From Desulfobacterales bacterium (GTDB lineage Bacteria > Desulfobacterota > Desulfobacteria > Desulfobacterales > UBA2174): 64,000 nucleotides of DNA. The stretch lies in assembly GCA_963668645.2 (NCBI GenBank), contig CAXXWC010000021.1, positions 352,001 to 416,000 on the forward strand, given 5' to 3'. The notes under the pieces were generated by a model. That model was not told the DNA's origin. It made no database searches and saw only the letters and a list, made by a program, of their open reading frames with translations. Each line of letters begins with the position of its first letter. Within the stretch, counting starts at the first letter, position 1. Below are positions 31,088 to 40,375 of the stretch, in pieces. A program made the translations under genes and the position numbers.

Positions 31088-32295
31088 TTGTCCAGAAATT
31101 CGGCGGCACTTCGGTAGGCGATCTTGAACGCATCGCCAACGTGGCGCGCCGCGTCGCTCGCACCTACGATCAGGGAAACGACATGGTCGTCGTGGTGTCG
31201 GCCATGGCCGGGGTCACCGACAGTCTGATCCGCATGGCCCGCCAGGTCGATCCGGAGCCGGACAAGCGGGAACTCGATGTCCTGTTGGCCACCGGTGAAC
31301 AGACCAGCGCCGCCCTGCTGGCAATGACGCTCAAAACCATGGGCCGGCCGGCCGTATCCATGCTCGGGCACCAGGCCGAGGTACTCACCGACACGGATTT
31401 CGGCAATGCCCGCATCATCGAAATCCGGGCCCAGCGCGTCAGGGAACATCTGAGTAAAAAACGGATCGTGGTGGTGGCCGGTTTCCAGGGGGCGGATACT
31501 GTGGGCGACATCACCACCCTGGGGCGGGGCGGTTCGGACACGTCGGCGGTGGCCATCGCCGCCGCGCTCAAGGCCGATGTTTGCGAGATCTACACCGACG
31601 TTGACGGGATCTACACCGCCGACCCCAACATCTGTGCCAAGGCCCGTAAAATCAAGACGATCTCCTACGATGAGATGCTCAACATGGCCAGCCTGGGGGC
31701 CAAGATACTGCAAATCCGCTCGGTGGGCTTTGCCAAAAAATTCAATATCCCCGTACATGTCCGCTCTTCTTTTAACGAGGAGGAAGGCACGATGGTCGTC
31801 CATGAGGATTCGGGTATGGAACAATTGGTCGTTTCCGGTGTAACCCACAACAAGGATGAAGCGCGCATCACCCTCAAGGGAGTTCCGGATCAGCCCGGGG
31901 TGGCGGCCAAGATTTTTTCTCCCATGGCCGACGCCGGTATTGTGGTGGACATGATCATCCAGAATACCCGTGCCGGCGGTGTTACCGATCTGACCTTCAC
32001 CGTGCCCAAGGCCGATTTCAAGCAGGCCATGGAGATCGAGGAAAAACTCGCCGCCGAAATCGGCGCCGAGGACGTCTTCGGCGATCCCAGCATCTCCAAG
32101 GTCTCGGTGGTGGGGGTGGGGATGAAGAACCACAGCGGGGTAGCCTCGGTGATGTTCAACACCCTGGCGCGCGAGAACATCAACATCATGATGATCAGCA
32201 CCTCGGAAATCCGTATCTCGTGCATCATCGAGGAAAAATATACCGAGCTGGCGGTGCGGGTGCTGCACACGGCTTTCGGTCTGGACGCCGACTGA
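31078..32295 (+). CDS. lysC: Aspartate kinase
   Basis: [18 protein letters not shown], two ACT domains, STSEI. Confidence 0.95.
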   Translation: MALIVQKFGGTSVGDLERIANVARRVARTYDQGNDMVVVVSAMAGVTDSLIRMARQVDPEPDKRELDVLLATGEQTSAALLAMTLKTMGRPAVSMLGHQAEVLTDTDFGNARIIEIRAQRVREHLSKKRIVVVAGFQGADTVGDITTLGRGGSDTSAVAIAAALKADVCEIYTDVDGIYTADPNICAKARKIKTISYDEMLNMASLGAKILQIRSVGFAKKFNIPVHVRSSFNEEEGTMVVHEDSGMEQLVVSGVTHNKDEARITLKGVPDQPGVAAKIFSPMADAGIVVDMIIQNTRAGGVTDLTFTVPKADFKQAMEIEEKLAAEIGAEDVFGDPSISKVSVVGVGMKNHSGVASVMFNTLARENINIMMISTSEIRISCIIEEKYTELAVRVLHTAFGLDAD

Positions 32296-32312
32296 CCCCC
32301 CATAAAATCATT

Positions 32313-32345
32313 CGGCCCCGGCCCGTCTTTTCCGGGCCGGGGCCG
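32313..32345. terminator. GC-rich hairpin after lysC
   Basis: CGGCCCCGGCCCG-tcttttc-CGGGCCGGGGCCG. Confidence 0.65.
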
Positions 32346-32436
32346 ATTAACATTTCCCCATGAAGCGATTCACGCCGGATCAGCAGCGGGTGGTGGTGTT
32401 GCTGGCCGCCGTATTGGCGGCGCTGCTGGCCTGCCG

Positions 32437-33213
32437 CTACTTTCTGTTCCCCTGATCCGGGATCCCAACCCGCAGCGCGGCCAGGCCCTGGGCAATCTCG
32501 CCGGCCACGGCTTCGGCGGCCCGGCGCGGGTCGGGCGCGTCACGGATCGGCCGGCCGATCACGAGGTAATCGGCCCGGCTGCAAATGGCATCGGCCGGCG
32601 TGGCCACCCGCTTCTGGTCGTCGGCCCCCACGCGGACGTTGGCCGGCCGGACTCCCGGCGTGACGGCCAGCAGCCGATGACCGAATCCGTCTTTGAGCGG
32701 GTTCAGTTCGCGCGGTGAGCAGACCACCCCGGCGCAGCCGGCAGCCGCGGCCATGGCCGCCCGGGCCAGAACGAGCCGCTCGGGTACATCGGCCAGTTCC
32801 TGGCGCAGCCCGGCGCGGCGCAAATCTTCGGGCCCCACGCTGGTGAGCACCGTTACGCCCAGCACGGCGGTGCGCCCGGCAGCCCCGCGCACCGCCGCCT
32901 CGAGCATGGCCGGCGAATCGACGCAGTGCACCGTGACAAAGTCCACCCCCAGATCCGCCACGGCCCGCATGGCCCGCTCCACGGTTACCGGGATATCGTG
33001 CAGTTTCAAGTCGAGAAAGATCTTGGCCCCCGTACGCCGGCGCAGCAGTTCCACCACCGCCGGCCCTTCGCGCACGAAAAGCTCCAGACCGATCTTGAAC
33101 ATGCCCACTGCGCCTTCCAGGGCATCCACCAGAGGCCAGGCTTCGGCGGCAGAGGGCAGATCCAGGGGGAAGACGATATAGTCGTGGGGCGGCCTGATCC
33201 GTTCTGTATTCAT
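32437..33213 (-). CDS. pyrF: Orotidine-5'-phosphate decarboxylase
   Basis: FLDLKLHDIP.TV, TVLTS, TPGVR, DDQKR, VIGRPI. Confidence 0.95.
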   Translation of the reverse strand: MNTERIRPPHDYIVFPLDLPSAAEAWPLVDALEGAVGMFKIGLELFVREGPAVVELLRRRTGAKIFLDLKLHDIPVTVERAMRAVADLGVDFVTVHCVDSPAMLEAAVRGAAGRTAVLGVTVLTSVGPEDLRRAGLRQELADVPERLVLARAAMAAAAGCAGVVCSPRELNPLKDGFGHRLLAVTPGVRPANVRVGADDQKRVATPADAICSRADYLVIGRPIRDAPDPRRAAEAVAGEIAQGLAALRVGIPDQGNRK

Positions 33214-33390
33214 ACGAGACTCCCTTTGCGCCGATCAGCCAGGCCGGGTCTGCCCTGGCGATCGGCATCGCTTCATGTTATCCTGGCACCCATCGCGGCC
33301 GCAGCCATGGGATGGGCAGGCGGTCGCGCAACCGTCCGGGGTCCTTGCGGTCCGAGTCGTATCTTCCGCCGCAGCGAGCATAATCGAAAA

Positions 33391-34971
33391 ATGAGCCGAA
33401 CGCAAAAGCCAGACAGGGCCTGGCCGGCCCTGGCCGACCTGCCCCAGCGCTGGGACCTGATCGTCCTTGGCGGCGGCATCACCGGTGCCGGCGTCCTGCT
33501 GGAAGCGGTGCGCCGCGGCTTGAAAACCCTGCTTCTCGAGGCCCGCGATTTTGCCTGGGGCACATCGAGCCGCAGCTCCAAGCTGGTCCACGGCGGACTG
33601 CGGTACCTGCGCCAGGGGCGCCTCGGCCTGACCCGCGCCGCGGTGATCGAACGCGAACATCTGCTCCATCATGCACCCGGTCTGGTCGATCCCCTCGATT
33701 TTCTGGTCCCCCTTTTCAAGGGACGCAAACCGGGCCGCACCGCCATGCACGCCGGATTGAAGATCTATGATCTCATCGCCGGCCGCAACACCCACAGTTT
33801 CCTGGAGGCCGGCACGGCCCGGCAAACCGTTCCCTGGTTGCGCAGCGACGCCTTGACCGGAGCCTACCGCTTCCAAGACGCCCAGACCGACGATGCCCGC
33901 CTGGTGCTGCGGATTCTTCAAGAGGCCCGTGATCACGACGGAGCGGCCCTCAACTACACCGCCGCGCACAGCGTGCAGCGCGACCGCCGGGGAAGGATCG
34001 CGGCGGTGGCGGTCCGGGACAGCGAAACCGGCGCCACCCGCTCGTTCACCACCCCGGCCGTCATCAACGCCACCGGGGTCTGGGCCGAAAGGCTTCAGGG
34101 GCCGCCGGCCGGAGGTCCCCGGTTGCGCCCCCTGCGCGGCTCCCACCTGGTTTTGCCCGCGGCCCGCCTGCCGATGAATCTGGCAGTGAGCTTCTGGCAC
34201 CCTGCCGACGACCGGAGCGTCTTTGTCCTGCCCTGGCAGGGTACTGTTCTGGCAGGCACCACCGACCTGGATCACGACCAGGACCTGGATCAGGAACCGC
34301 AGGCCACCCCGGCAGAGATCGAATACCTGCTGGACGCGGTGAACCATATCGCCCCTGGGGCCCAGATCGGCACGGCGGACATCATCTGCACCCAGGCCGG
34401 GGTCCGGCCGGTGGTCGCGGGCTCCAGGAAACGGTCCGCCTCGGATGAATCCCGGGAGCACGCCGTATGGATCGATAATGGGCTGGTCACGGTCACCGGC
34501 GGCAAGTTGACCACCTTCCGGCGCCTGGCCCTCGACGCCCTCGAAGCCGCATCTCCATGGCTGCCCGCGCCGCGGGTGCCCGACCGGCACCGGCCCGTCT
34601 TCGATCCGGTGCCCGAATGCCCGGCGGCTCGTGAAGCCCTCGATCCGGCCGCCTGGCGCCGTCTGGCCGGACGCTACGGCCGCCACTGCGCCCGGATCGC
34701 GGCCCGGCAGGATACGGCCATGCTAAGACCCATCGCCGGCACTTCGATCCTCTGGACCGAGCTGGTGCACGCGGCCGCCGGCGAGGCGGTGCGCCATCTA
34801 AGCGATCTGCTGTTGCGGCGGGTGCGCCTGGGGCTGATCCTGCCCGAGGCGGGCCGGGACCTGCTGCCCCAGATCCGCCGGCTCTGCCAGCCGGTACTTG
34901 GCTGGGACGATGCGCGCTGGAAGGCCGAAGAGCAGGCCTATCTACAGTTGTGGAAACGCTGCGGGAAATAA
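33391..34971 (+). CDS. FAD-dependent glycerol-3-phosphate dehydrogenase/oxidase family protein
   Basis: GGGITGAG, GTSSRSSKLVHGGLRYL, DDARL, GSHL, GGKLTT. Start set at MSRTQ. Confidence 0.9.
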   Translation: MSRTQKPDRAWPALADLPQRWDLIVLGGGITGAGVLLEAVRRGLKTLLLEARDFAWGTSSRSSKLVHGGLRYLRQGRLGLTRAAVIEREHLLHHAPGLVDPLDFLVPLFKGRKPGRTAMHAGLKIYDLIAGRNTHSFLEAGTARQTVPWLRSDALTGAYRFQDAQTDDARLVLRILQEARDHDGAALNYTAAHSVQRDRRGRIAAVAVRDSETGATRSFTTPAVINATGVWAERLQGPPAGGPRLRPLRGSHLVLPAARLPMNLAVSFWHPADDRSVFVLPWQGTVLAGTTDLDHDQDLDQEPQATPAEIEYLLDAVNHIAPGAQIGTADIICTQAGVRPVVAGSRKRSASDESREHAVWIDNGLVTVTGGKLTTFRRLALDALEAASPWLPAPRVPDRHRPVFDPVPECPAAREALDPAAWRRLAGRYGRHCARIAARQDTAMLRPIAGTSILWTELVHAAAGEAVRHLSDLLLRRVRLGLILPEAGRDLLPQIRRLCQPVLGWDDARWKAEEQAYLQLWKRCGK

Positions 34972-35005
34972 ATTCGATGACGTATCACGGCTCAACTTGT
35001 TATCC

Positions 35006-35081
35006 CGCCACAGCGGCACAGAAAACTCGGCGCATTGATGTTTTGTGTTTGTTTCTCCGTGTTCTCTTTGCCCCTGTGGTG
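35006..35081. repeat. Imperfect 25-bp inverted repeat (REP/MITE-like hairpin) inside the operon
   Basis: CGCCACAGCGGCACAGAAAACTCGG pairs with CCGTGTTCTCTTTGCCCCTGTGGTG (20/25), 26-nt spacer. Confidence 0.6.
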
Positions 35082-35136
35082 AAAATAGAAGTGGCACTCT
35101 CTACCAATGGACCATAGTTCCTGGAGGCCCTCTGCC

Positions 35137-36822
35137 ATGCCCCCTTCCTTCACCCCGGCCTGGCGCCATCAGCCGCCGGCACCCGGATCATGGCGCGCCG
35201 TGTTCAAATGGGGCGCGCCGGACCGGTTCAAACATCCGGGCCAGCGTCTCTATACTCTGCTCAAAGAACGTCTGGGCCTGTCGGATGATGATTTTAACTT
35301 GCCCAGGGACACCGGCGATGCCCCGGTCTGCTGCCACCGTCCGGTATCCTGGCCTGAAACCCGGGTGCAGGCCCTGACCGCCTTGGTGGGACCGGAAAAC
35401 GTGGCGCTGGACGATTTCAGCCGGGTGCGCTTTGCCACCGGTCAGAGCACGGAAGAGGCCCTGGCCCTGCGCGCGGCAGACCCCGGCCCGGTCCCCGAAG
35501 CGGTGGTGCATCCGCGATCGGTGGACGAGGTCTGCCGGGTGCTGGCCTGGTGCCACGCCGAAAAGATCCCCTTGCATGTCTATGGTGGGGGCAGTTCGGT
35601 GACCCTCGGGCTCCAGCCGGCCAAGGGCGGCGTCACGCTGGTGATGCAGACCCACATGCACCGCGTCCTGGATTTCAACGAAACCAACCAGACCGTAACC
35701 GTCGAGGCCGGAATCCTTGGCCCGGATTACGAGGCAGCCCTGCAGCACGCCCCGGATCGCTTCAGCGCCCGCCACCGCTATACCGGAGGCCATTTTCCCC
35801 AGAGCTTCGAGTTTTCCACCGTGGGCGGATGGATCGCGGCCCTGGGCTCCGGCCAGCAGTCCTCCTACTACGGCGACGCAGCCGATCTGGTGGTGGCCCA
35901 GCACTACGTGACACCGGCAGGCCAGATCCGCACCCTGGCCTACCCGGCCGCCGCCACCGGACCCCGGGTCGACGAGATGCTCAAAGGAAGCGAAGGCGCC
36001 TTCGGGGTCCTGGTCAGTGCCACCCTGAAGATCTTCCGCAGCCTGCCCGGCCAACAGCGCCGTTTTGCCTTTTTCTTTCCCTCCTGGCCCCAGGCGGTGG
36101 AAGCGGCTCGCCAGATCTCCCAGGGCCAGTTCGGCATGCCCTCGGTGCTGCGCATCTCGGACGGCGAAGAGACCGACGTGGCCATGCGGCTCTACGGCCT
36201 GGGCCATCCCATGATCGACCGCCTGCTCAACCGGTTGGGTCTGATCGCCGGGCGCCGCTGTTTGATGATCGGCCAGGCCGATGGCGAGGGAGGATTCACC
36301 CGCAACATCAAGCGCCGGGTGCGGCACATCGCCCGGCGCCACGGGGGATTCTATCTCACCGGCTATCCCACCGCGCGCTGGGCCGAAGGCCGCTTTGCCG
36401 ATCCGTACCTGCGCGAAGACCTCAACGATTTCGGCATCGCCATCGACACCCTGGAATCCACCGTGCCCTGGGACGGCCTGCACCGGCTCCACCGGATGGT
36501 GCGCGACCATATCAAGCAGCGGCCCCACACCATTTGCATGACCCATGCCTCCCATTTTTATCCCCAGGGAACCAACCTCTACTTCATCTTCATCACCCCC
36601 ATGACGGACAGCGACGATTACAAAAACTTTCAACGCGGCATCATCCGCTGCATCCTGGAAGGCGGGGGCAGCCTGAGCCACCACCACGGGGTGGGGCGCA
36701 TGATGGGGCCCTTTCTCCAGGACCATCTGGGAAGCGAACAGATGGCGGTGCTGCGGGCTCTCAAACGCCACTTCGATCCCCACGGGATCATGAACCCGGG
36801 CGGCACCCTGGGCTTGGATTGA
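35137..36822 (+). CDS. FAD-linked oxidase, alkyl-dihydroxyacetonephosphate synthase (AGPS)-like
   Basis: GGGSSVT.G, GHFPQSFEFSTVGGW, GSEG.FG, H.SH.Y..G.NLYF, SHHHGVG, DP.GIMNPG. Start 35107 or 35137. Confidence 0.85.
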   Translation: MPPSFTPAWRHQPPAPGSWRAVFKWGAPDRFKHPGQRLYTLLKERLGLSDDDFNLPRDTGDAPVCCHRPVSWPETRVQALTALVGPENVALDDFSRVRFATGQSTEEALALRAADPGPVPEAVVHPRSVDEVCRVLAWCHAEKIPLHVYGGGSSVTLGLQPAKGGVTLVMQTHMHRVLDFNETNQTVTVEAGILGPDYEAALQHAPDRFSARHRYTGGHFPQSFEFSTVGGWIAALGSGQQSSYYGDAADLVVAQHYVTPAGQIRTLAYPAAATGPRVDEMLKGSEGAFGVLVSATLKIFRSLPGQQRRFAFFFPSWPQAVEAARQISQGQFGMPSVLRISDGEETDVAMRLYGLGHPMIDRLLNRLGLIAGRRCLMIGQADGEGGFTRNIKRRVRHIARRHGGFYLTGYPTARWAEGRFADPYLREDLNDFGIAIDTLESTVPWDGLHRLHRMVRDHIKQRPHTICMTHASHFYPQGTNLYFIFITPMTDSDDYKNFQRGIIRCILEGGGSLSHHHGVGRMMGPFLQDHLGSEQMAVLRALKRHFDPHGIMNPGGTLGLD

Positions 36823-36849
36823 AGGTATGCATCTTGATCGCGAGGCCCC

Positions 36850-38415
36850 ATGACCACCACCGACCTGCTCTTGGCCATCGATACCGGCACCCAGAGCCTC
36901 AAGGCCCTGGTCTTCGACCCGCAAGGAACCCTGCTGGGCCGCAAGCAGATCCATTACGAGCCCTACTTCAGCCGATACCCGGGCTGGGCCGAACAGGACC
37001 CCCAGGTTTTCTGGCAGGCCCTGTGCACCGCCTGCCAGCGGCTTTGGCTTGAGCGGCCGGAGCTCAAAAAGCACATCGCCGGTGTGGTGCTGACCACCCA
37101 GCGCTGCACAGTGGTCAACCTGGACAGTGAAGGCCGGCCCCTGCGCCCGGCCATCCTCTGGCTCGACCAGCGGCGCACCTATGGTCTGCCGCCCCTGGAC
37201 GGTCTGTGGGGCCTGGCTTTCAAAACCCTGGGCCTGGCCGATACCATCGGTTATTTTCAGGCCGAAGCCGAGGCCAACTGGATCCGTATGCACCAGCCCG
37301 AAGTCTGGAAACAGACCCACAGGTACCTGCTGCTCTCGGGTTATTTGAACTGGTGCCTTACGGGCAAATTCGCCGATTCCACCGGCAGCCAGGTGGGCTA
37401 CCTGCCCTTTGACTACAAGCGATTTCGCTGGGCTCCGGCCTGGGACTGGAAATGGCGCGCCCTGCCGATTCCGCCCGAGATGCTCCCGTCCCTGGTGCGC
37501 CCCGCCGAAGTCCTGGGCACGGTGACCACCGCAGCGGCCCGGGAAAGCGGGATCCCGGCCGGTCTGCCGGTGGTGGCGGCCGCAGCCGACAAGGCCTGCG
37601 AGGTGATCGGCTCCGGCAGCCTGGAGCCGCATATCGGGTGCCTGAGCTACGGCACCACGGCCACGGTCAACGTCACCAGCCGGCGCTACGTGGAGGCGGT
37701 GTCGATGCTGCCGCCCTACCCTTCGGCAGCCCCGGACCGTTACACTCTGGAAGTGATGATCTATCGCGGATTCTGGATGGTCAGTTGGTTCAAAAATGAG
37801 TTCGGCCAGTTGGAACAGGAGGCCGCCAGGATCGAGGGGACCACGGCCGAGGCCCTCTTCGACCGCTTGATCGAAGACACCCCTCCGGGCGCCATGGGAC
37901 TCGTGTTGCAGCCATACTGGTCACCGGGCCTGAAGTTTCCCGGACCGGAGGCCAAAGGGGCCGTGATCGGCTTCGGCGATGTCCACACCCGGGGCCATCT
38001 TTACCGGGCCATCCTCGAAGGGCTGGCCTATGGCCTGCGCGAAGGAAAAGAGCGCATCGAAAAGCGCACCGGTGTGCCGATCAGCGAGATCCGGGTTTCG
38101 GGCGGCGGCAGCCAGAGCCGCCAGGCCATGCAAATCACCGCCGACATCTTCGGTCTGCCCACGGCCCGCCCCCATCTCTACGACACCTCGGGCCTGGGTG
38201 CGGCCATCGATCTGGCCGTGGGAACTGGGCTGCATCCAAACATCGAGGCCGCCGTGGCCGCCATGACCCGCATCGGAGAGGTCTTCGCCCCGGATCCCGA
38301 GCGCCACGCGCGCTACGATGCCCTCTACCGGCGGGTCTATCGCCGGATGTACCGGCGTCTCAAACCCCTTTACGACGAGATCCGCCGCATTACCGGCTAT
38401 CCACCGGCAGGCTGA
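36850..38415 (+). CDS. FGGY-family carbohydrate kinase
   Basis: IDTGTQS, AEQDP, ILWLDQR, YRAILEG, SGGGSQS. Confidence 0.92.
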   Translation: MTTTDLLLAIDTGTQSLKALVFDPQGTLLGRKQIHYEPYFSRYPGWAEQDPQVFWQALCTACQRLWLERPELKKHIAGVVLTTQRCTVVNLDSEGRPLRPAILWLDQRRTYGLPPLDGLWGLAFKTLGLADTIGYFQAEAEANWIRMHQPEVWKQTHRYLLLSGYLNWCLTGKFADSTGSQVGYLPFDYKRFRWAPAWDWKWRALPIPPEMLPSLVRPAEVLGTVTTAAARESGIPAGLPVVAAAADKACEVIGSGSLEPHIGCLSYGTTATVNVTSRRYVEAVSMLPPYPSAAPDRYTLEVMIYRGFWMVSWFKNEFGQLEQEAARIEGTTAEALFDRLIEDTPPGAMGLVLQPYWSPGLKFPGPEAKGAVIGFGDVHTRGHLYRAILEGLAYGLREGKERIEKRTGVPISEIRVSGGGSQSRQAMQITADIFGLPTARPHLYDTSGLGAAIDLAVGTGLHPNIEAAVAAMTRIGEVFAPDPERHARYDALYRRVYRRMYRRLKPLYDEIRRITGYPPAG

Positions 38416-38656
38416 GCCACGGTTTGGTGAAAATCCCTCTGTGAATCTTGTGCAGCAATATGCAAACGAAGCTTATATACGGATTTTGGCAGAAGACCGA
38501 TAACTGCTGAAAGGCCGCAGAAGTGTATTAAGCATTGTGAACAGTAACGGCCCGGAAAAATTGTAAACTTGTCTTTCCGACTCATCATTTTATAAAAGTT
38601 AAATTCTTAGTTTATAAGTTAGAGACGTTCCCCTTCTCTTCTTCCCGCTTCTTCCC

Positions 38657-38846
38657 CTGGTTCAGCCCGCTTCGTTTCCATCGCTCAACGTGTTGTCGCC
38701 AAAACCGCCGCTTGACCTCCAGAGTCTCTGCCCGTTGCTTCCGTATCACGATGATGCCTCCTTGGCTGAAATGGCCTACCGCCTCTGGAGTCCATCTGTG
38801 ACAAATTTTCAAGCCCTTGAGAAGATGCGGTTGCCCGGACGCTTAC
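38657..38846 (-). mobile_element. Truncated IS66 relic (left IR plus start of tnpA)
   Basis: Reverse complement reads GTAAGCGTCCGGGCAACCGCATCTTCTCAAG... and closely matches the IS66 left end at 55498 through ...VKRRFWRQHVERWKRSG. Confidence 0.9.
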
Positions 38847-39068
38847 TTTGCCATGGAGTTCGTGTTCAGATCATAGTCCGGCATGAAGTCCTCTCTAAGT
38901 ATTTCACCAGGGTGAGTTGGCCTGATTTCTCGCTTTGTTGTATTAGGAATAGACATTGTTTTAATCATTAATGATAACCAACTGAACCGGTTTTGTTCCG
39001 CCGGTAAAAACCTGGCCTCCCCTGTTCAGGGGATTAATATCGCTCATCATATCCACGGCTGTTTAGAA

Positions 39069-39692
39069 TTAACGGATAATGACTTCAACGCGCCGGTTCT
39101 TAGGCTCGGCTACACCGTCCTTTGTCCAGACCGCAGGATTGTTCTCTCCATGGGAAGTGATTTCAACAATGGAATCGGGGCTGACCCCCATCTCAACTAA
39201 TTTCTTTCGGATTGTTTCAGCTCGCCGCATGGAAAGTTTTTCATTAAAGGTTTTATCCCCAGCCCGGTCACTGTGACCGACAATCCCGACTCTCGGGGAA
39301 GCCGTTTTTTGGATCACAGAAAGAATATCCTCTATGATCGCCTCCGATTCCTTTACAAGAACCGTTTTTCCGCTTTCAAAATACAGCTTGAAGCTATGGG
39401 TTGGCGCCGGGGTATTGGAAAGGGCCTGTTTAAATGTCGTCTGAATCTCCTCCTCACTGACAGCAAATGGATCACTTGGAGCCGCCCCGCCTCCGTACAT
39501 ACTGACACCGAACCCCTGCTGATTAACGACCCGGGAACCGCCGGCTGTGGAAACAATCACTTCTCCGGTATGCCCGTTTTCATCTGACAGCAGAATGAGC
39601 GTACTTTTGGATGGCGGTGGTGCTTTAGTGGCGCATCCAAAAATAACGATAATAAAAAAGCAGAAAACAGATATAATTCGAAAAGATTTCAT
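39069..39692 (-). CDS. OmpA-family lipoprotein (peptidoglycan-binding OmpA C-terminal domain)
   Basis: Lipobox IFGC; VGHSDRAG...N..LS.RRA; SHGE..P; NRRVE. Confidence 0.9.
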   Translation of the reverse strand: MKSFRIISVFCFFIIVIFGCATKAPPPSKSTLILLSDENGHTGEVIVSTAGGSRVVNQQGFGVSMYGGGAAPSDPFAVSEEEIQTTFKQALSNTPAPTHSFKLYFESGKTVLVKESEAIIEDILSVIQKTASPRVGIVGHSDRAGDKTFNEKLSMRRAETIRKKLVEMGVSPDSIVEITSHGENNPAVWTKDGVAEPKNRRVEVIIR

Positions 39693-39743
39693 GTGTATTA
39701 TACTTTCAAAGAGTTTTTGAACTTCGTTAAAACACAGAGTGTA

Positions 39744-40193
39744 TTATTCAACCTTGACTAAAAATCGTGTTCCACGGATACCCACGGTTCCTTCAGGTGT
39801 GTTTAATTCAACCGCATCCTCTTTCAGCTTGGACATGTTTCCTGAAATAAAATGGAGTGTTCCCTTGCCGATTTTAGAAACAAAGGATAACTGCTTTTCT
39901 TTGGGTTTATAGACATAATTATTAATAATAAATTCCGTGTCCGGACCAATGGATATCCTCGTGCTGTCCATGAATGTGATACCAAGCGATCCGTCCGGTT
40001 TTGTAATGACCGTATCATTCATCTGGACGGGATCGCCCAGTTTGGCCGGAATTGAAGATTCCCCCCGAACAATAACAGCACTGCCTTCAAGGCTTTTGAT
40101 ATATCCGGCATCCTCATGAGCAAGAGCAGTTGAATACAAGGCTGCAACCGCGAGCATGACCCAGAACGGGATGTAATAGATGGAATGTTTCAT
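39744..40193 (-). CDS. Secreted single-domain FecR-like protein
   Basis: Signal peptide; G.A...R...GD.V...D...T...G.LGITF.D.T.ISIGP.T; TP.GTVGIRGT.F. Confidence 0.88.
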   Translation of the reverse strand: MKHSIYYIPFWVMLAVAALYSTALAHEDAGYIKSLEGSAVIVRGESSIPAKLGDPVQMNDTVITKPDGSLGITFMDSTRISIGPDTEFIINNYVYKPKEKQLSFVSKIGKGTLHFISGNMSKLKEDAVELNTPEGTVGIRGTRFLVKVE

Positions 40194-40375
40194 TTTTCGT
40201 CTCTCCAGCTAATAAGGTCATTAAGGTTTCGTACACCCTGATGTAAGGCAACTTATCTTGCCGGGCATGCATCCGTAACATGTTAGATTCTCAATAGAGA
40301 TACACAGTTCATCGGCCTTGTGTCAAACGATATTGGCAGGGCATGCATTTCCCCCGTCCCATGAATGACACCGTC

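Noticed and set aside
35188..37632. Long antisense ORF (814 aa) and similar shadows (19604-21598, 16501-18015, 30814-32268, 48233-49642)
   Set aside because: They lie opposite well-supported genes and have no recognisable motifs; expected artefacts of high-GC codon bias.
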